A stretch of 64,000 bases of DNA from Sulfolobales archaeon. GTDB taxonomy: Archaea; Thermoproteota; Thermoprotei_A; Sulfolobales; NBVN01. Positions 31,222 through 40,527 of the stretch are shown piece by piece (positions within the stretch are counted from its first letter, which is position 1; each line of letters starts with the position of its first letter). The position numbers were made by a program, and so were the translations under genes. The stretch lies in the NCBI GenBank assembly GCA_038841535.1, contig JAWBTQ010000003.1, positions 32,001-96,000 of the forward strand, in the 5' to 3' direction. The notes under the pieces are model-generated. The model saw only the letters and a program-made list of their open reading frames with translations, had not been told where the DNA came from and did no database searches.

Positions 31222-31345
31222 CGTAGCTGTATTCGGTTCTGCCGTTTCCAGTATTCTAGTCGCTCTGTGACTAAGTCCGCAGTTACGATGACAGCTAGGT
31301 TAGGTACCGTTACGCTTAAAACTTCTCGAAGTTTAGAGTTTTGGA

Positions 31346-31471
31346 GGGCCCGTAGCTCAGCCAGGCAGAGCGGCGGACCAAGGGCCGAGGCTCCAGTCCG
31401 GGTCTTAGGACCGTATGGGATGACTTGGAGAGACCCGTAGGTCGGGGGTTCAAGTCCCCCCGGGCCCACCA
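31346..31471 (+). tRNA. tRNA-Trp(CCA) with two introns: 13 nt at 30/31 (31377-31389) and 36 nt at 37/38 (31397-31432)
   Basis: Removing both yields GCGGG-CT-CCA-GA-CCCGT; GGGCCCG/CGGGCCC acceptor, ACCA end; BHB-type motifs at both junctions. Confidence 0.88.
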
Positions 31472-31540
31472 CACGAGTGAGACCGGGGCTCCTAAAACAA
31501 CATTACCAATGCTATAACCTGCGGAAAGAATTCGGAGCTG

Positions 31541-31719
31541 TTTCCCCGTTCTAGGTTTCTGTAGGTTTCTCCGGATCACCTTATAATGATTATAGGTATC
31601 TTATGCTTGTAAATAGTCGGTGGCTCCGGGTTTCCGAGACCCGCTACTAACCGTGGGGAAGAAACTCAGAGAAGCCGTAGTGAACCACTCAGGAAAACTA
31701 AAAACCTAGAACGGGAAAA
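31541..31719. repeat. 18-bp inverted repeat (1 mismatch) enclosing about 140 bp non-coding DNA; MITE-like
   Basis: TTTCCCCGTTCTAGGTTT (31541-58) versus AAACCTAGAACGGGAAAA (31702-19). Confidence 0.5.
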
Positions 31720-32067
31720 GGTTTGAGTCTAGTCGATATTTGTGGTTACCTCTAGATACCTGCTGGCATCTTCATCCTTCATAGTAGAGACGTTTGGTGA
31801 GAACCTGTGTCTCCCCACATGCGCATACAGAGCTCTAAACTACGTGTCTACTGCTCTAACAGTACTTCTACTAACTATGTAGCTATAGCTTGGAGATTTA
31901 GCTAACTTGTTAGCTTACTGTAGATTGCTATAGCGTCTTCGGCACTTGAGGAGACGTATTTGTCTATCAATATTTTAAATGAATCTAATGAATTCATGAA
32001 GGAATCCCACTTAGAGATGGGATTAAATAGGTTAATAACTACGCTTAGCTTCTATAGGGGGTAGTAC

Positions 32068-32262
32068 ATGAGAAAGGAATTTCGAGAAGTGTTAGAGAGG
32101 GGAGGTGTGAAAGTACTTGATGTCTATAGGCATAAAGATAGGGATTCCATCAGGTTTCTATATAGAGGTAAAGTGTATCTAGCGAGTCTTAAAGGTTTCT
32201 ACGACGCTATGAAACCTGAAGAGCTTCTCAACATTCTGCTGTCTCAAGTTGAGGGAAAGTAA
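32068..32262 (+). CDS. Small hypothetical protein (64 aa)
   Basis: ATG with GGGGGT Shine-Dalgarno-like motif; compact alpha/beta pattern. Confidence 0.7.
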   Translation: MRKEFREVLERGGVKVLDVYRHKDRDSIRFLYRGKVYLASLKGFYDAMKPEELLNILLSQVEGK

Positions 32263-32409
32263 AGCTGGCAACTAGTGATAACATCCTAGAACTTTAACCT
32301 ACTGCTCAATACTTTCAATAGCTGGTGCCGCACAAAACTAGCGAGTTACTAATAAGAGAGCATGTCGTGAGTAGTGAATTAGTTTTATGACTTGCGAAGG
32401 GAGGCTGTT

Positions 32410-32620
32410 TGAGGGGTTCAGCTCTGATGTAAGTTCACATAGGTTGGTTTCATTGCCTCATCTCTGTTCCCCCGTACTCCGCTCGGGTCTTCATCGGGCT
32501 TAGGGGCGTTCGGGGCGACCTCAGGCACTCCACATCTTGAGTAACTCGGGGAGAGTCGATCTACAGAGCTCTAAACCCCTTATCGAGCTACTTCCACATA
32601 TCACCACACAAGCGTCTCCA
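32410..32620 (-). pseudogene. tnpB: IS200/IS605 tnpB 3'-end remnant (C)
   Basis: LLKMW then GC-rich CCGAACGCCCCTAAGCCCGATGAAGACCCGAGCGG...GATGAGGCAATG, as recalled for crenarchaeal tnpB 3' ends; similar to remnants A and F. Confidence 0.7.
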
Positions 32621-32696
32621 TCCACATAAACAAAGTATGGAAAGATGTGAAACCTGAAACAGCTACTCAAGGCAAATGACGTTGATCAGTTTGCTG

Positions 32697-32984
32697 CTAT
32701 TTTACCCTTAGTTCAACCAGCTTTCTTCCTATTAGTTTAACTACTTCATACTTGCTAATGCCGTTCGGTACTTTTAATACTATTAGTGCTGAAGGCTTGA
32801 ACCACGCTCTCGGATACCTTCCTTCTTTTACTTCAAACTTGTAGCCTAAAATCTCACACGCCTTGAGTACTTCAGCTAGCTTAGGCTCAGGTACAGTAAG
32901 TGCTTTAGAGAGCTTTCTTCCGTATTTACGGCTTAGGTTTTGATCGAAGTAGTTAATCCATATTCTTACTTCCTTATCTACCAT
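32697..32984 (-). CDS. srp19: Signal recognition particle protein SRP19
   Basis: IW..YFD..LSR..GRK, YPRAW. Confidence 0.93.
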   Translation of the reverse strand: MVDKEVRIWINYFDQNLSRKYGRKLSKALTVPEPKLAEVLKACEILGYKFEVKEGRYPRAWFKPSALIVLKVPNGISKYEVVKLIGRKLVELRVK

Positions 32985-32989
32985 CAGAG

Positions 32990-33382
32990 CTACCGGTTGG
33001 TCTTGATTAGAACAGCATTTACTACTCCGTCTCTAGAAGGCCTTGACGTAACTTGAGCAAGACCTGCTTCAGTCTCAATTACCGATCCTTTAGTTATTAT
33101 CCCTAACCTCACGTATTCTCTGTTAGCTCTGTTTTCGACGACCTTAGTTATCTTTACTTTTCTACAGGTCTTTGCTTCCGGGTCATATACGTTGGCATAC
33201 GAAACTAGCTTAGCCCTCACAAGAATGCGGCCCCCCATGACCCTCTCCTTTATCCTAACGTCCTTACTCCCGGTTTTCGTCAGTAGTGGATAACCACCTA
33301 ACTCATACTTCCTCTTCTTCCTACTAGGTCTCCTCACACCACCCGATATCTTTCTGGAGTCATTTCCTTGGTATATAGCCAT
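32990..33382 (-). CDS. rps8e: 30S ribosomal protein S8e
   Basis: YQGND.RKISGG, KRKYELG, ITKG.VIET, VTSRP..DGVVNA. Confidence 0.97.
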   Translation of the reverse strand: MAIYQGNDSRKISGGVRRPSRKKRKYELGGYPLLTKTGSKDVRIKERVMGGRILVRAKLVSYANVYDPEAKTCRKVKITKVVENRANREYVRLGIITKGSVIETEAGLAQVTSRPSRDGVVNAVLIKTNR

Positions 33383-33483
33383 ATACTGTTGCCCACTACT
33401 TAAGATAGTGCTTGCTTATTAAGCTTGTGAAATTACTGAAAAGTTTTTAGGATTGACTAATGCCCCTATAATGGGGGAAGAGA

Positions 33484-33750
33484 GTGGTGAGACCAGCCCT
33501 CAGATCGAGGTCTCCAAAGAGGGTATCCAGAAGGACCCCAAGTGGTAAGTCTAAGGTATTTTATGGGAGAAGAGATTCATATAATGCTTACTGCCCATTA
33601 TGCGGCAAGCCTTTAGGAGGAGTTCCAAAGAGCCTTAAAGAAGTAAGACTCGGATTCAAGTCGCGTAAGAGACCTGAGAGACCCTATGCTGGGATGCTTT
33701 GTCCCTTGTGTCTAGCACTAGCATACAAGGTAGCGGTACGTAGTATGTAA
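33484..33750 (+). CDS. rpl34e: 50S ribosomal protein L34e
   Basis: RP.LRSRS, RTPSG, CPLCG.PL.GVP, RPERPY.G.LC..C. Confidence 0.96.
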   Translation: MVRPALRSRSPKRVSRRTPSGKSKVFYGRRDSYNAYCPLCGKPLGGVPKSLKEVRLGFKSRKRPERPYAGMLCPLCLALAYKVAVRSM

Positions 33751-33758
33751 GCTAGGCG

Positions 33759-34346
33759 GTGGTTTTGGTAGATCTTTGCGAAGCTGGTTTTGTTGTTGCT
33801 ATTAGTGGAAAACCAGGAAGTGGAAAGACTACACTAGCTAAAAACATAGCTAGAGAGCTTAACCTAAGATACGTCTCCATGGGGCAGATCTTTAGGAATA
33901 TAGCTGCTGAGAGGATGATCAGCTTAGAAGAGCTTAGTAAAGTAGCTGAGGAGGATCCAAGCATAGACTACCTCATCGACAGTACGGCTATAGAAGAAGC
34001 TAAAAGAGGTTGTGTCGTCCTAGACGGACATTTAACGGGATGGATCCTTAAGGATATAGCGCACATAAAGATACTTACATACGCCCCACTTCAAGTCAGG
34101 GCAGAGAGATTAGCAAAACGAGATGGAAAAACTGTTGAGGAAGCTCTACACGAAATTAAAGTGAGGGAAAACTCCGAAGTTCGGAGGTACAAGAAGTACT
34201 ATGAAATCGATGTAAGCAACTTAGACGTGTTTGACATTATACTCAACACGTCTTTGTTAAGTGAGGAAGAAGCAGCTAGAGTGGCTACTGAAGTAATTAA
34301 GATTCTAGCCCCATTAAAATTTAAGAAAGAAGAGAAGAAGATATAA
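33759..34346 (+). CDS. cmk: Cytidylate kinase (archaeal type)
   Basis: ISGKPGSGKTT, G.IFR, DGHL.GW, RY...Y.ID; follows L34e. Confidence 0.93.
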   Translation: MVLVDLCEAGFVVAISGKPGSGKTTLAKNIARELNLRYVSMGQIFRNIAAERMISLEELSKVAEEDPSIDYLIDSTAIEEAKRGCVVLDGHLTGWILKDIAHIKILTYAPLQVRAERLAKRDGKTVEEALHEIKVRENSEVRRYKKYYEIDVSNLDVFDIILNTSLLSEEEAARVATEVIKILAPLKFKKEEKKI

Positions 34347-34354
34347 AGGAAGTA

Positions 34355-34439
34355 GCCGGGGTGCCCGAGCGGTCTAAGGGGCCGGCCTTGAGAGCCGGTG
34401 GGTTAGGCGCCCGCGCGGGTTCGAATCCCGCCCCCGGCG
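34355..34439 (+). tRNA. tRNA-Ser(TGA)
   Basis: GCCGGGG/CCCCGGC; CCGGC-CT-TGA-GA-GCCGG; long variable arm. Confidence 0.96.
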
Positions 34440-34838
34440 CCTCGCAGAACTGTTTTGGGTTTTATACTGGTTCATAGTGTTTGTTGCTATTCTTCTGCTA
34501 TTATTACGTATAGCGGAGTCTTATCCTCTCCTTGTCTTTCCTGTGCGTGTGAAACTGGACTAAACACGTGTGGAGACGATATTAGCTGCTTAAGAGAGCG
34601 TTAAAAGATGACGATATCTTAATAAGCTACTAGGGTATGAGACTTGTGGTATGGTACTTTTCCAAAAGCATGGAGTTCCTGTTCGCCGTCTTTGTCTGTT
34701 TTACTCCTGAAATAAGATAGGGAGCGTAGTCTTCTGGAGAGTGAGGGATGTCCGTATTTGGATTAGTTCTTATAAACATCTTTCAGCTCAAGTAAAAAGT
34801 GCGGTGGGAGTATTAAGAAGGGTAGGCTCGTTGTTTTC

Positions 34839-35045
34839 GTGAGTTACGGTCCCAGGTCTCAGCAGAATATTAGAAAGCTTAGTCTGATGATGGAGAAACT
34901 TAAGGAGTACTTCGAGATATCCTTAATTCACGTACCAGATGATGTGGCTGATGATTTGCCTTATATTAGAATAGAGCCACTCGATGGTGCAGAGATTCCG
35001 CTTAGAGAAGTAGATTTAATGCGCGAGCTTGAGAGTAAAGTTTAA
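34839..35045 (+). CDS. Small hypothetical protein (may start at ATT 34812)
   Basis: ORF abutting the Lrp gene; GGTGGG motif upstream of ATT. Confidence 0.5.
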   Translation: MSYGPRSQQNIRKLSLMMEKLKEYFEISLIHVPDDVADDLPYIRIEPLDGAEIPLREVDLMRELESKV

Positions 35046-35342
35046 ATGCTTACCTCTCCCTTTGTATTTGGTGCTAGAATGTCTGAAGGTTCGGCTACAG
35101 CAATAGTGCTACTGAATACCGATATAGGGTCGGAGGATGAAGTACTAGAGCAGCTATCAAGAATAGATGGGGTTATAGAAGCTAGTGTAGTTTATGGAGT
35201 CTACGACGTTGTAGTTAAGGTTAGAGCAAAAACGATCGAAGAACTTAAAGAAATAATTACAAATAGAATCAGAAAGCTATCGAAGGTTAAGTCTACTTTA
35301 ACTATGATCGTTGTAGAGGGTAAAACCTTCGAGAAGAAGTAG
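35046..35342 (+). CDS. Stand-alone Lrp/AsnC ligand-binding (RAM) domain protein
   Basis: V.E..VVYG.YD.VVKV, IR....V.ST.T. Confidence 0.9.
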   Translation: MLTSPFVFGARMSEGSATAIVLLNTDIGSEDEVLEQLSRIDGVIEASVVYGVYDVVVKVRAKTIEELKEIITNRIRKLSKVKSTLTMIVVEGKTFEKK

Positions 35343-35344
35343 GA

Positions 35345-36679
35345 TTGAAGATATCTATTGGAATAGATAGTGTTGACTCTCAATACGGTGGATGCACTAC
35401 TCATGTTCTATACCGCATTTTTAAAAGACTCGTTGATAAAAGATATATTAAGAGTATAGTTGATTACCCATACTTAGTTAGGCTAAACCCATCAATACCG
35501 TATAAGACTCGCGGAAACGGTGCCGTAGCAATAAATCTCGAGCTTAGAGTGAGTGAATCCCTTAATGCCCTGATAGACGAGGTAGCTAATGTAGTAGTAG
35601 AGTACATCAACGATGTTCAAGGTGAACTATCGAGGGCCTGTGTCGCAATAGTGCCCTACGAGCTTAGTGAGCACTTTAACGAAATCTATGTGAAGGCGCT
35701 GACAGATTTCGTGCACCTAGATTATGTCAGCAACTTCATTAAGCCTATAAGGGACGAGGTTATCTTGCCCTTCGGGTTAAACAAGGGATGTGTAGGTGCT
35801 TTAGCTGCGCTAGGATGGGATAAGTCAACGTGTAGTTACGAACTCCTAATATACAGGTCTGTGTTTGATAAGGAGAAAAGTAGAGAGGTAGTTGACAGTA
35901 GGGTTTTAGCTGAGCTAGACTCTTTAGAAGAGTACGGAACGTTCTGTAATTATGACTATGAAAGCGGTAGAGCGGTATCAGTACCTCGCGGACCTGATCC
36001 TGTGCTCTTAGGGATACGAGGGCTAGACCCGGATAAATTAGTTAAAGCTCTCAGCTTTCTTAGGTTAAGTGAAGCAGTTGAGGGGTGGTTCATCTTCAAA
36101 ACAAATCAAGCCACTGGCGCACATATGGTCCCGAGGACTTCACTCGAGTTAAAGCCCTTCAGAACAGGCTGCCTTACTGGGGTAGTTAATTACGTATCTA
36201 TATACCCTGGTGGAGACGTTGTTCTAAGTCTAACAGACGGACTTGGGAAAATTGACGCAGCTGTGTTTAAGGAAAGCGGTTTAACGAGATACGCTCGCAA
36301 GTTAATAGCGGGCGATGTTGTGAAAGTATGTGGGTCGGTGAAACTATGGGACAACTTAAGACCGGTCCTACACGTAGAGTTCTTGGAAATCATAGACCTC
36401 GCAGACAAGTACTTAAGGCTTAACCCGAGGTGCCCTAAGTGTGGCGCGCGGATGAAATCCTCTGGAAGAAATAAGGGTTATAAGTGCTTAAAGTGCGGCT
36501 TCAAAGCAAGTGACCTACGGTCGGAGATCTTGAAGTTACGTAGAGATATAGACATTGGAGTATACCTACCTACGTGCAGATCCGTTAAGCACCTCAGTAT
36601 TCCAGCTCCTCTTCTAAACATGTCTCTAGACTGCTGCGAAAAGCCTCCTACAGTGGTTTCAGACTTCTATTACCAGTAG
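35345..36679 (+). CDS. tiaS: tRNA(Ile2) agmatidine synthetase
   Basis: IGIDSVD...GGCTT, LVRLNP.IPYKTRGNGA, PRGPDPVLLGIRG, TNQAT, CPKCG..MKSSG. Confidence 0.95.
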   Translation: MKISIGIDSVDSQYGGCTTHVLYRIFKRLVDKRYIKSIVDYPYLVRLNPSIPYKTRGNGAVAINLELRVSESLNALIDEVANVVVEYINDVQGELSRACVAIVPYELSEHFNEIYVKALTDFVHLDYVSNFIKPIRDEVILPFGLNKGCVGALAALGWDKSTCSYELLIYRSVFDKEKSREVVDSRVLAELDSLEEYGTFCNYDYESGRAVSVPRGPDPVLLGIRGLDPDKLVKALSFLRLSEAVEGWFIFKTNQATGAHMVPRTSLELKPFRTGCLTGVVNYVSIYPGGDVVLSLTDGLGKIDAAVFKESGLTRYARKLIAGDVVKVCGSVKLWDNLRPVLHVEFLEIIDLADKYLRLNPRCPKCGARMKSSGRNKGYKCLKCGFKASDLRSEILKLRRDIDIGVYLPTCRSVKHLSIPAPLLNMSLDCCEKPPTVVSDFYYQ

Positions 36680-36811
36680 TGCGGTCATAAACTTACCGTC
36701 ACAAACTATGAACTAGCTAAGGTTTGAACTGCCCGTACGTATAAGTAAGTTTAAGTAAACGTTATAACTATTTAAAAGCCAAAAAGCTAGCTTAGTAGTG
36801 GTGCACACTTA

Positions 36812-37387
36812 GTGGGATTAGTTCTTAATAAAGATACAGTAGAAGTGAGATTTCACGGTCGCGGAGGGCAGGGAGCCGTAACAGCAGCTCACATCCTAGT
36901 AGACGCAGCAATGAGGGCAGGTCTTTGGGGAACAGCTTTTCCGTTCTTCGGTGCAGAAAGAAGGGGAGCACCAGTAACAGCATATGCTAGAATAAGTCAT
37001 AGTAAAGTTCTGACGAAGTCTATGATCAGGAGACCGGATGCTGTCGTTGTTTTGGATCCAGCCATAATGAAGTACGTAAACGTGTTCGATGGGTTAAAGG
37101 AGGGTGGGGTTGCCGTTATTAACTCTATAGAGCCGCCGACACTCCCCATTAAGATCAAGCTCTACGTTGTTGACGCAACTAGAATAGCCCTTGACTTAGG
37201 TCTCGTTCTTGCGGGCTGGCCGTTAGTTAACGTGGCGATGGTCGGAGCTCTTTCCCGTATTATCGGTATAAAACCAAACTACGTTCTTGAGGCAGTAACT
37301 AATATTCTCACTGGGAGATCTGCGGAACTCAACGCTAGGGCTGCTGAAAGGGCCTATTATGAGGTGAGTGAAGTTGGAGCAAACTGA
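36812..37387 (+). CDS. porG: Pyruvate/2-oxoacid:ferredoxin oxidoreductase gamma subunit
   Basis: RFHGRGGQGAVTA, FGAERRGAP. Confidence 0.93.
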   Translation: MGLVLNKDTVEVRFHGRGGQGAVTAAHILVDAAMRAGLWGTAFPFFGAERRGAPVTAYARISHSKVLTKSMIRRPDAVVVLDPAIMKYVNVFDGLKEGGVAVINSIEPPTLPIKIKLYVVDATRIALDLGLVLAGWPLVNVAMVGALSRIIGIKPNYVLEAVTNILTGRSAELNARAAERAYYEVSEVGAN

Positions 37388-37646
37388 GTACCTCCTACCT
37401 CTATCAAGACCTAAGATTGGAGTTCAGGGAGTTACCGGTAGCTGGAGGATTAGAAAGCCTGCTATAAATTACGGCAAGTGTGTTGGGTGTGGGTTGTGCT
37501 GGCTCTATTGCCCTGACAGTGTAATCGATATTGAAAATAATGGAGCACGATTCAGAGTAGCTATAGACTATACTTACTGCAAGGGATGTGGAATCTGTGC
37601 GTCTATTTGCCCCGTAAAGGCTATTGAGATGGTGAAGGAGGTGTAG
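37368..37646 (+). CDS. porD: 2-oxoacid:ferredoxin oxidoreductase delta subunit
   Basis: TGSWR; two 4Fe-4S motifs. Confidence 0.93.
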   Translation: MKLEQTEYLLPLSRPKIGVQGVTGSWRIRKPAINYGKCVGCGLCWLYCPDSVIDIENNGARFRVAIDYTYCKGCGICASICPVKAIEMVKEV

Positions 37647-37650
37647 TTTA

Positions 37651-38829
37651 ATGGCTAAGCTTACTCTAACCGGTAACTACTGTGTAGCGTATGCCGTAAA
37701 ACTCTCGAAAGTCAGAGTAGTATCCGCCTACCCTATCACACCCCAGACAACAATAGTTGAAAAGATTAGTGAATTTGTTGACTTAGGTGACGCCGATATA
37801 AGAATGATAAGAGTAGAGTCAGAGCATTCCGCATTAGCAGCAGTATACGGTGCGGCTACAGCTGGTGTTAGAGCGTTTACTGCGACTTCATCTCACGGTC
37901 TTCTCTACATGCACGAGATGGTTTGGTGGGTGGCTCAAGCCAGAGTGCCCCTAGTTATGGCAGTTGTTACGAGAACTATCGGACCCCCTTGGAACATATG
38001 GACCGACCACCACGATATCATGGACCAGAGAGATACCGGTTGGTTAATAATGATGGCGGAAAGCAACCAGGAGGTACTTGATGAAACCATAAAGCTCTTC
38101 AAGATAACTGAAGATCCCGAAGTCTACTTACCGGGTATAGTGGGTTTAGATGCATTCATTTTAAGTCATACTGTTGAACCGGTTGAGATACCTGAGCAAG
38201 AATTGGTTGATTCGTTCCTTCCTGAGAGGCGGCAACCTTATGTGATAAAGTCTGGTGAAGCGTTAATTATGGGCAATGTCCCGTCGGATCTGCTCGCTAA
38301 CTCTCGGATGAGGTGGGATGTTCATATAGGGTTAAGAAAAGCTGAAAAAGTGATCGACAGAGTAGACCTAGAATGGGGAAAACTCACCGGTAGGCATTAT
38401 GGAGGTTTGATTGAGTGTTATAAGTGTGAAGACGCTGACTACCTTTTCGTAGGTACTGGAGCTTGGGTTGGTGATATGAGATTAGCTGCTGATAGACTTA
38501 GGGCTACTGGTGTAAGATTCGGTGTTCTTAAGATTAGATACGTGCGGCCATTCCCGCATCTGAGGGTGTTGGATTCTATTAGAGGTAAGAAGGGTGCTCT
38601 AGTCTTTGATAGGTCGGTGTCAGCTGGTTCCGCTGGACCATTATTCTTAGACTTAGTATCGCATCTGTATCCACATAGATTGAGCATCCCAATAAAGAAT
38701 GTGGTAGCTGGTCTGGCTGGCTACGAAGTCAACTACGAGGACTTCTTCAAGATAGGTGAGTCGTTCGTAAGAGAAGTATCGGAAACTGGCTGGACTTCGA
38801 GCTTCCTTGAGTTTTATCCCGGTAGGTGA
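37651..38829 (+). CDS. porA: 2-oxoacid:ferredoxin oxidoreductase alpha subunit
   Basis: AYPITPQT, ESEHSA, TATSSHGL. Confidence 0.93.
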   Translation: MAKLTLTGNYCVAYAVKLSKVRVVSAYPITPQTTIVEKISEFVDLGDADIRMIRVESEHSALAAVYGAATAGVRAFTATSSHGLLYMHEMVWWVAQARVPLVMAVVTRTIGPPWNIWTDHHDIMDQRDTGWLIMMAESNQEVLDETIKLFKITEDPEVYLPGIVGLDAFILSHTVEPVEIPEQELVDSFLPERRQPYVIKSGEALIMGNVPSDLLANSRMRWDVHIGLRKAEKVIDRVDLEWGKLTGRHYGGLIECYKCEDADYLFVGTGAWVGDMRLAADRLRATGVRFGVLKIRYVRPFPHLRVLDSIRGKKGALVFDRSVSAGSAGPLFLDLVSHLYPHRLSIPIKNVVAGLAGYEVNYEDFFKIGESFVREVSETGWTSSFLEFYPGR

Positions 38830-38835
38830 TATGGG

Positions 38836-39729
38836 ATGCCTTTAACCATCAGAGATCTACCTAAAGAGAAGTATGTGTTACCTGGTAACGCTGCCTGCCC
38901 TGGCTGCCCTGAGGCCATGGGTTTAAGGTATGTTGGTATGGCTTTAGGTAGTAAAGCCATCCTAGTTATACCCGCTGGTTGTACGTCGATAATTCAGGGG
39001 TTAATGCCTGGTTCTGGACTATCATTTCCGATAGTGAATGTAGCGTTTAGTTCAGCTGATGCTGTAGCTTCTGGGGTCTCGGCTGCTAAAGAACTAATTG
39101 CTGAAGAATCCGTAGTCGTTGTGTGGGCTGGCGATGGAGCTACTGCTGATATAGGATTTGCTACACTGTCTGGAGCAGCAGAAAGAAACGATAATATCAT
39201 ACACATATGCGTCGATAACGAAGCTTACATGAATACTGGCATTCAAAGGTCATCACTTACACCACTTGGAGCATGGACAACTACGACTTGGAAAGGGAAG
39301 ACGGAGCCTAAGAAGAACATGCCGCTGATAATGATTTCGCATGGAGTTCCATACGTTGCTACAGCTAGTGTCGCCTACCCAATGGACTTCATCGAGAAGC
39401 TGAGGAAGGCGGCATCGATTAAAGGATTTAAGTATGTTCACCTGCATGCACCATGCCCAGTTGGTTGGAGATTTGATCCCTCTGAGACCGTTGAAATAGC
39501 TAGACTCGCCATTGAAACCGGGTTGTGGGTATTGATGGAGGCTGAAAACGGAAAAATAAGTATATCACCACCTAGCAGACCCTATATTGATAAAAACAGG
39601 AGAAAGCCTCTGAGAGAGTATCTGGGGAGGCAAGGAAGGTTTAGAGATCTATCCGATGAATTAGTTAAAGAAGTAGAGAAAGAAGTAGATGAATACTGGA
39701 AATTGCTAGTAAAACTATCTGGCCAGTAG
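38836..39729 (+). CDS. porB: 2-oxoacid:ferredoxin oxidoreductase beta subunit
   Basis: ACPGC, GDG, DNEAYMNTGIQRS, PCP.GW. Confidence 0.93.
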   Translation: MPLTIRDLPKEKYVLPGNAACPGCPEAMGLRYVGMALGSKAILVIPAGCTSIIQGLMPGSGLSFPIVNVAFSSADAVASGVSAAKELIAEESVVVVWAGDGATADIGFATLSGAAERNDNIIHICVDNEAYMNTGIQRSSLTPLGAWTTTTWKGKTEPKKNMPLIMISHGVPYVATASVAYPMDFIEKLRKAASIKGFKYVHLHAPCPVGWRFDPSETVEIARLAIETGLWVLMEAENGKISISPPSRPYIDKNRRKPLREYLGRQGRFRDLSDELVKEVEKEVDEYWKLLVKLSGQ

Positions 39730-39897
39730 ATTCAGTAAGGCTATTGAAACTACGAAGACTAATGAAATAATTATTAGCTGTTTAGGAGTTATTTCGAAAA
39801 CGGACTCTACTTCCTCAAAAAATCTAACAAGACCAGCTCCAGGTGATACTGGTGCCTCCTTACGCTTTCTTCTAGTAGCAGACATCTTCTTTACCAT
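39715..39897 (-). CDS. secG: Preprotein translocase Sec61beta
   Basis: Basic N-terminus, GAGLVRFFEE, P then C-terminal TM helix. Confidence 0.9.
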   Translation of the reverse strand: MVKKMSATRRKRKEAPVSPGAGLVRFFEEVESVFEITPKQLIIISLVFVVSIALLNLLAR

Positions 39898-39953
39898 AAT
39901 ACTTTAGCACTTAAGAGATATAAGCGTTCAGAGTCCAACCCTTTGGATCCAGT

Positions 39954-40220
39954 ATGCTGACCATTAAAGAAGTTCAAAAAATAATGAAATCTATGTTTTA
40001 TGAAAGAGACTACTCTAGAGGGGTGTATGCGACATTTACGTGGTTAGTTGAAGAGGTGGGTGAGCTAGCAGATGCGATTCTCAATAACAATAGAAAAAGT
40101 ATTCAAGAAGAAATAGCTGATGTAGTAGCGTGGACACTATCGCTGGCAAACCTTTTGGATATAGATGTAGAGGAAGCTATCAAGGAAAAATACTACCAGA
40201 CTAGAGCTTGTGGGACATAA
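39954..40220 (+). CDS. MazG-like nucleotide pyrophosphohydrolase
   Basis: WLVEEVGELA, EEIADV.AW..S.AN. Confidence 0.9.
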   Translation: MLTIKEVQKIMKSMFYERDYSRGVYATFTWLVEEVGELADAILNNNRKSIQEEIADVVAWTLSLANLLDIDVEEAIKEKYYQTRACGT

Positions 40221-40226
40221 TTCCCA

Positions 40227-40502
40227 CTCCAGAGGAAAAGAAGGGGAGGGTTGAGAAATAGCCGCCTAGACACCCCACTTTATCTACTGGAAATTTCCAG
40301 ACGATAGAACAAAGCTCTGAATTTGATTGTAATTTATTCTAATTTAGTTTGTATAAAATTACGTTTAAGAATGATTAACACGGCATATACGTAATCAATA
40401 AATCTCACAGAATCATTTACCATATTTTGGAGTGGAAATGATGGGGTGTGTGTAGCTACTCTTTAGTGGGAATTTTGTGGGATTCAGTAGAAAAGATGGG
40501 GT
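40227..40502. other. Probable chromosomal replication origin (ORB cluster plus AT-rich unwinding element)
   Basis: ORB-like: CTCCAGAGGAAAAGAAGGGG (40227,+), TTCCAGTAGATAAAGTGGGGT (40292,-), TTGGAGTGGAAATGATGGGGT (40427,+), ATTCAGTAGAAAAGATGGGGT (40482,+); AT-rich core about 40320-40425. Confidence 0.8.
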
Positions 40503-40527
40503 ATTGATAGGTGAATTAGGACTCAGC

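Noticed and set aside
31149-31579. ORFs 31149-31472 and 31316-31579; likewise 51613-51828
   Set aside because: Antisense reading of tRNA genes
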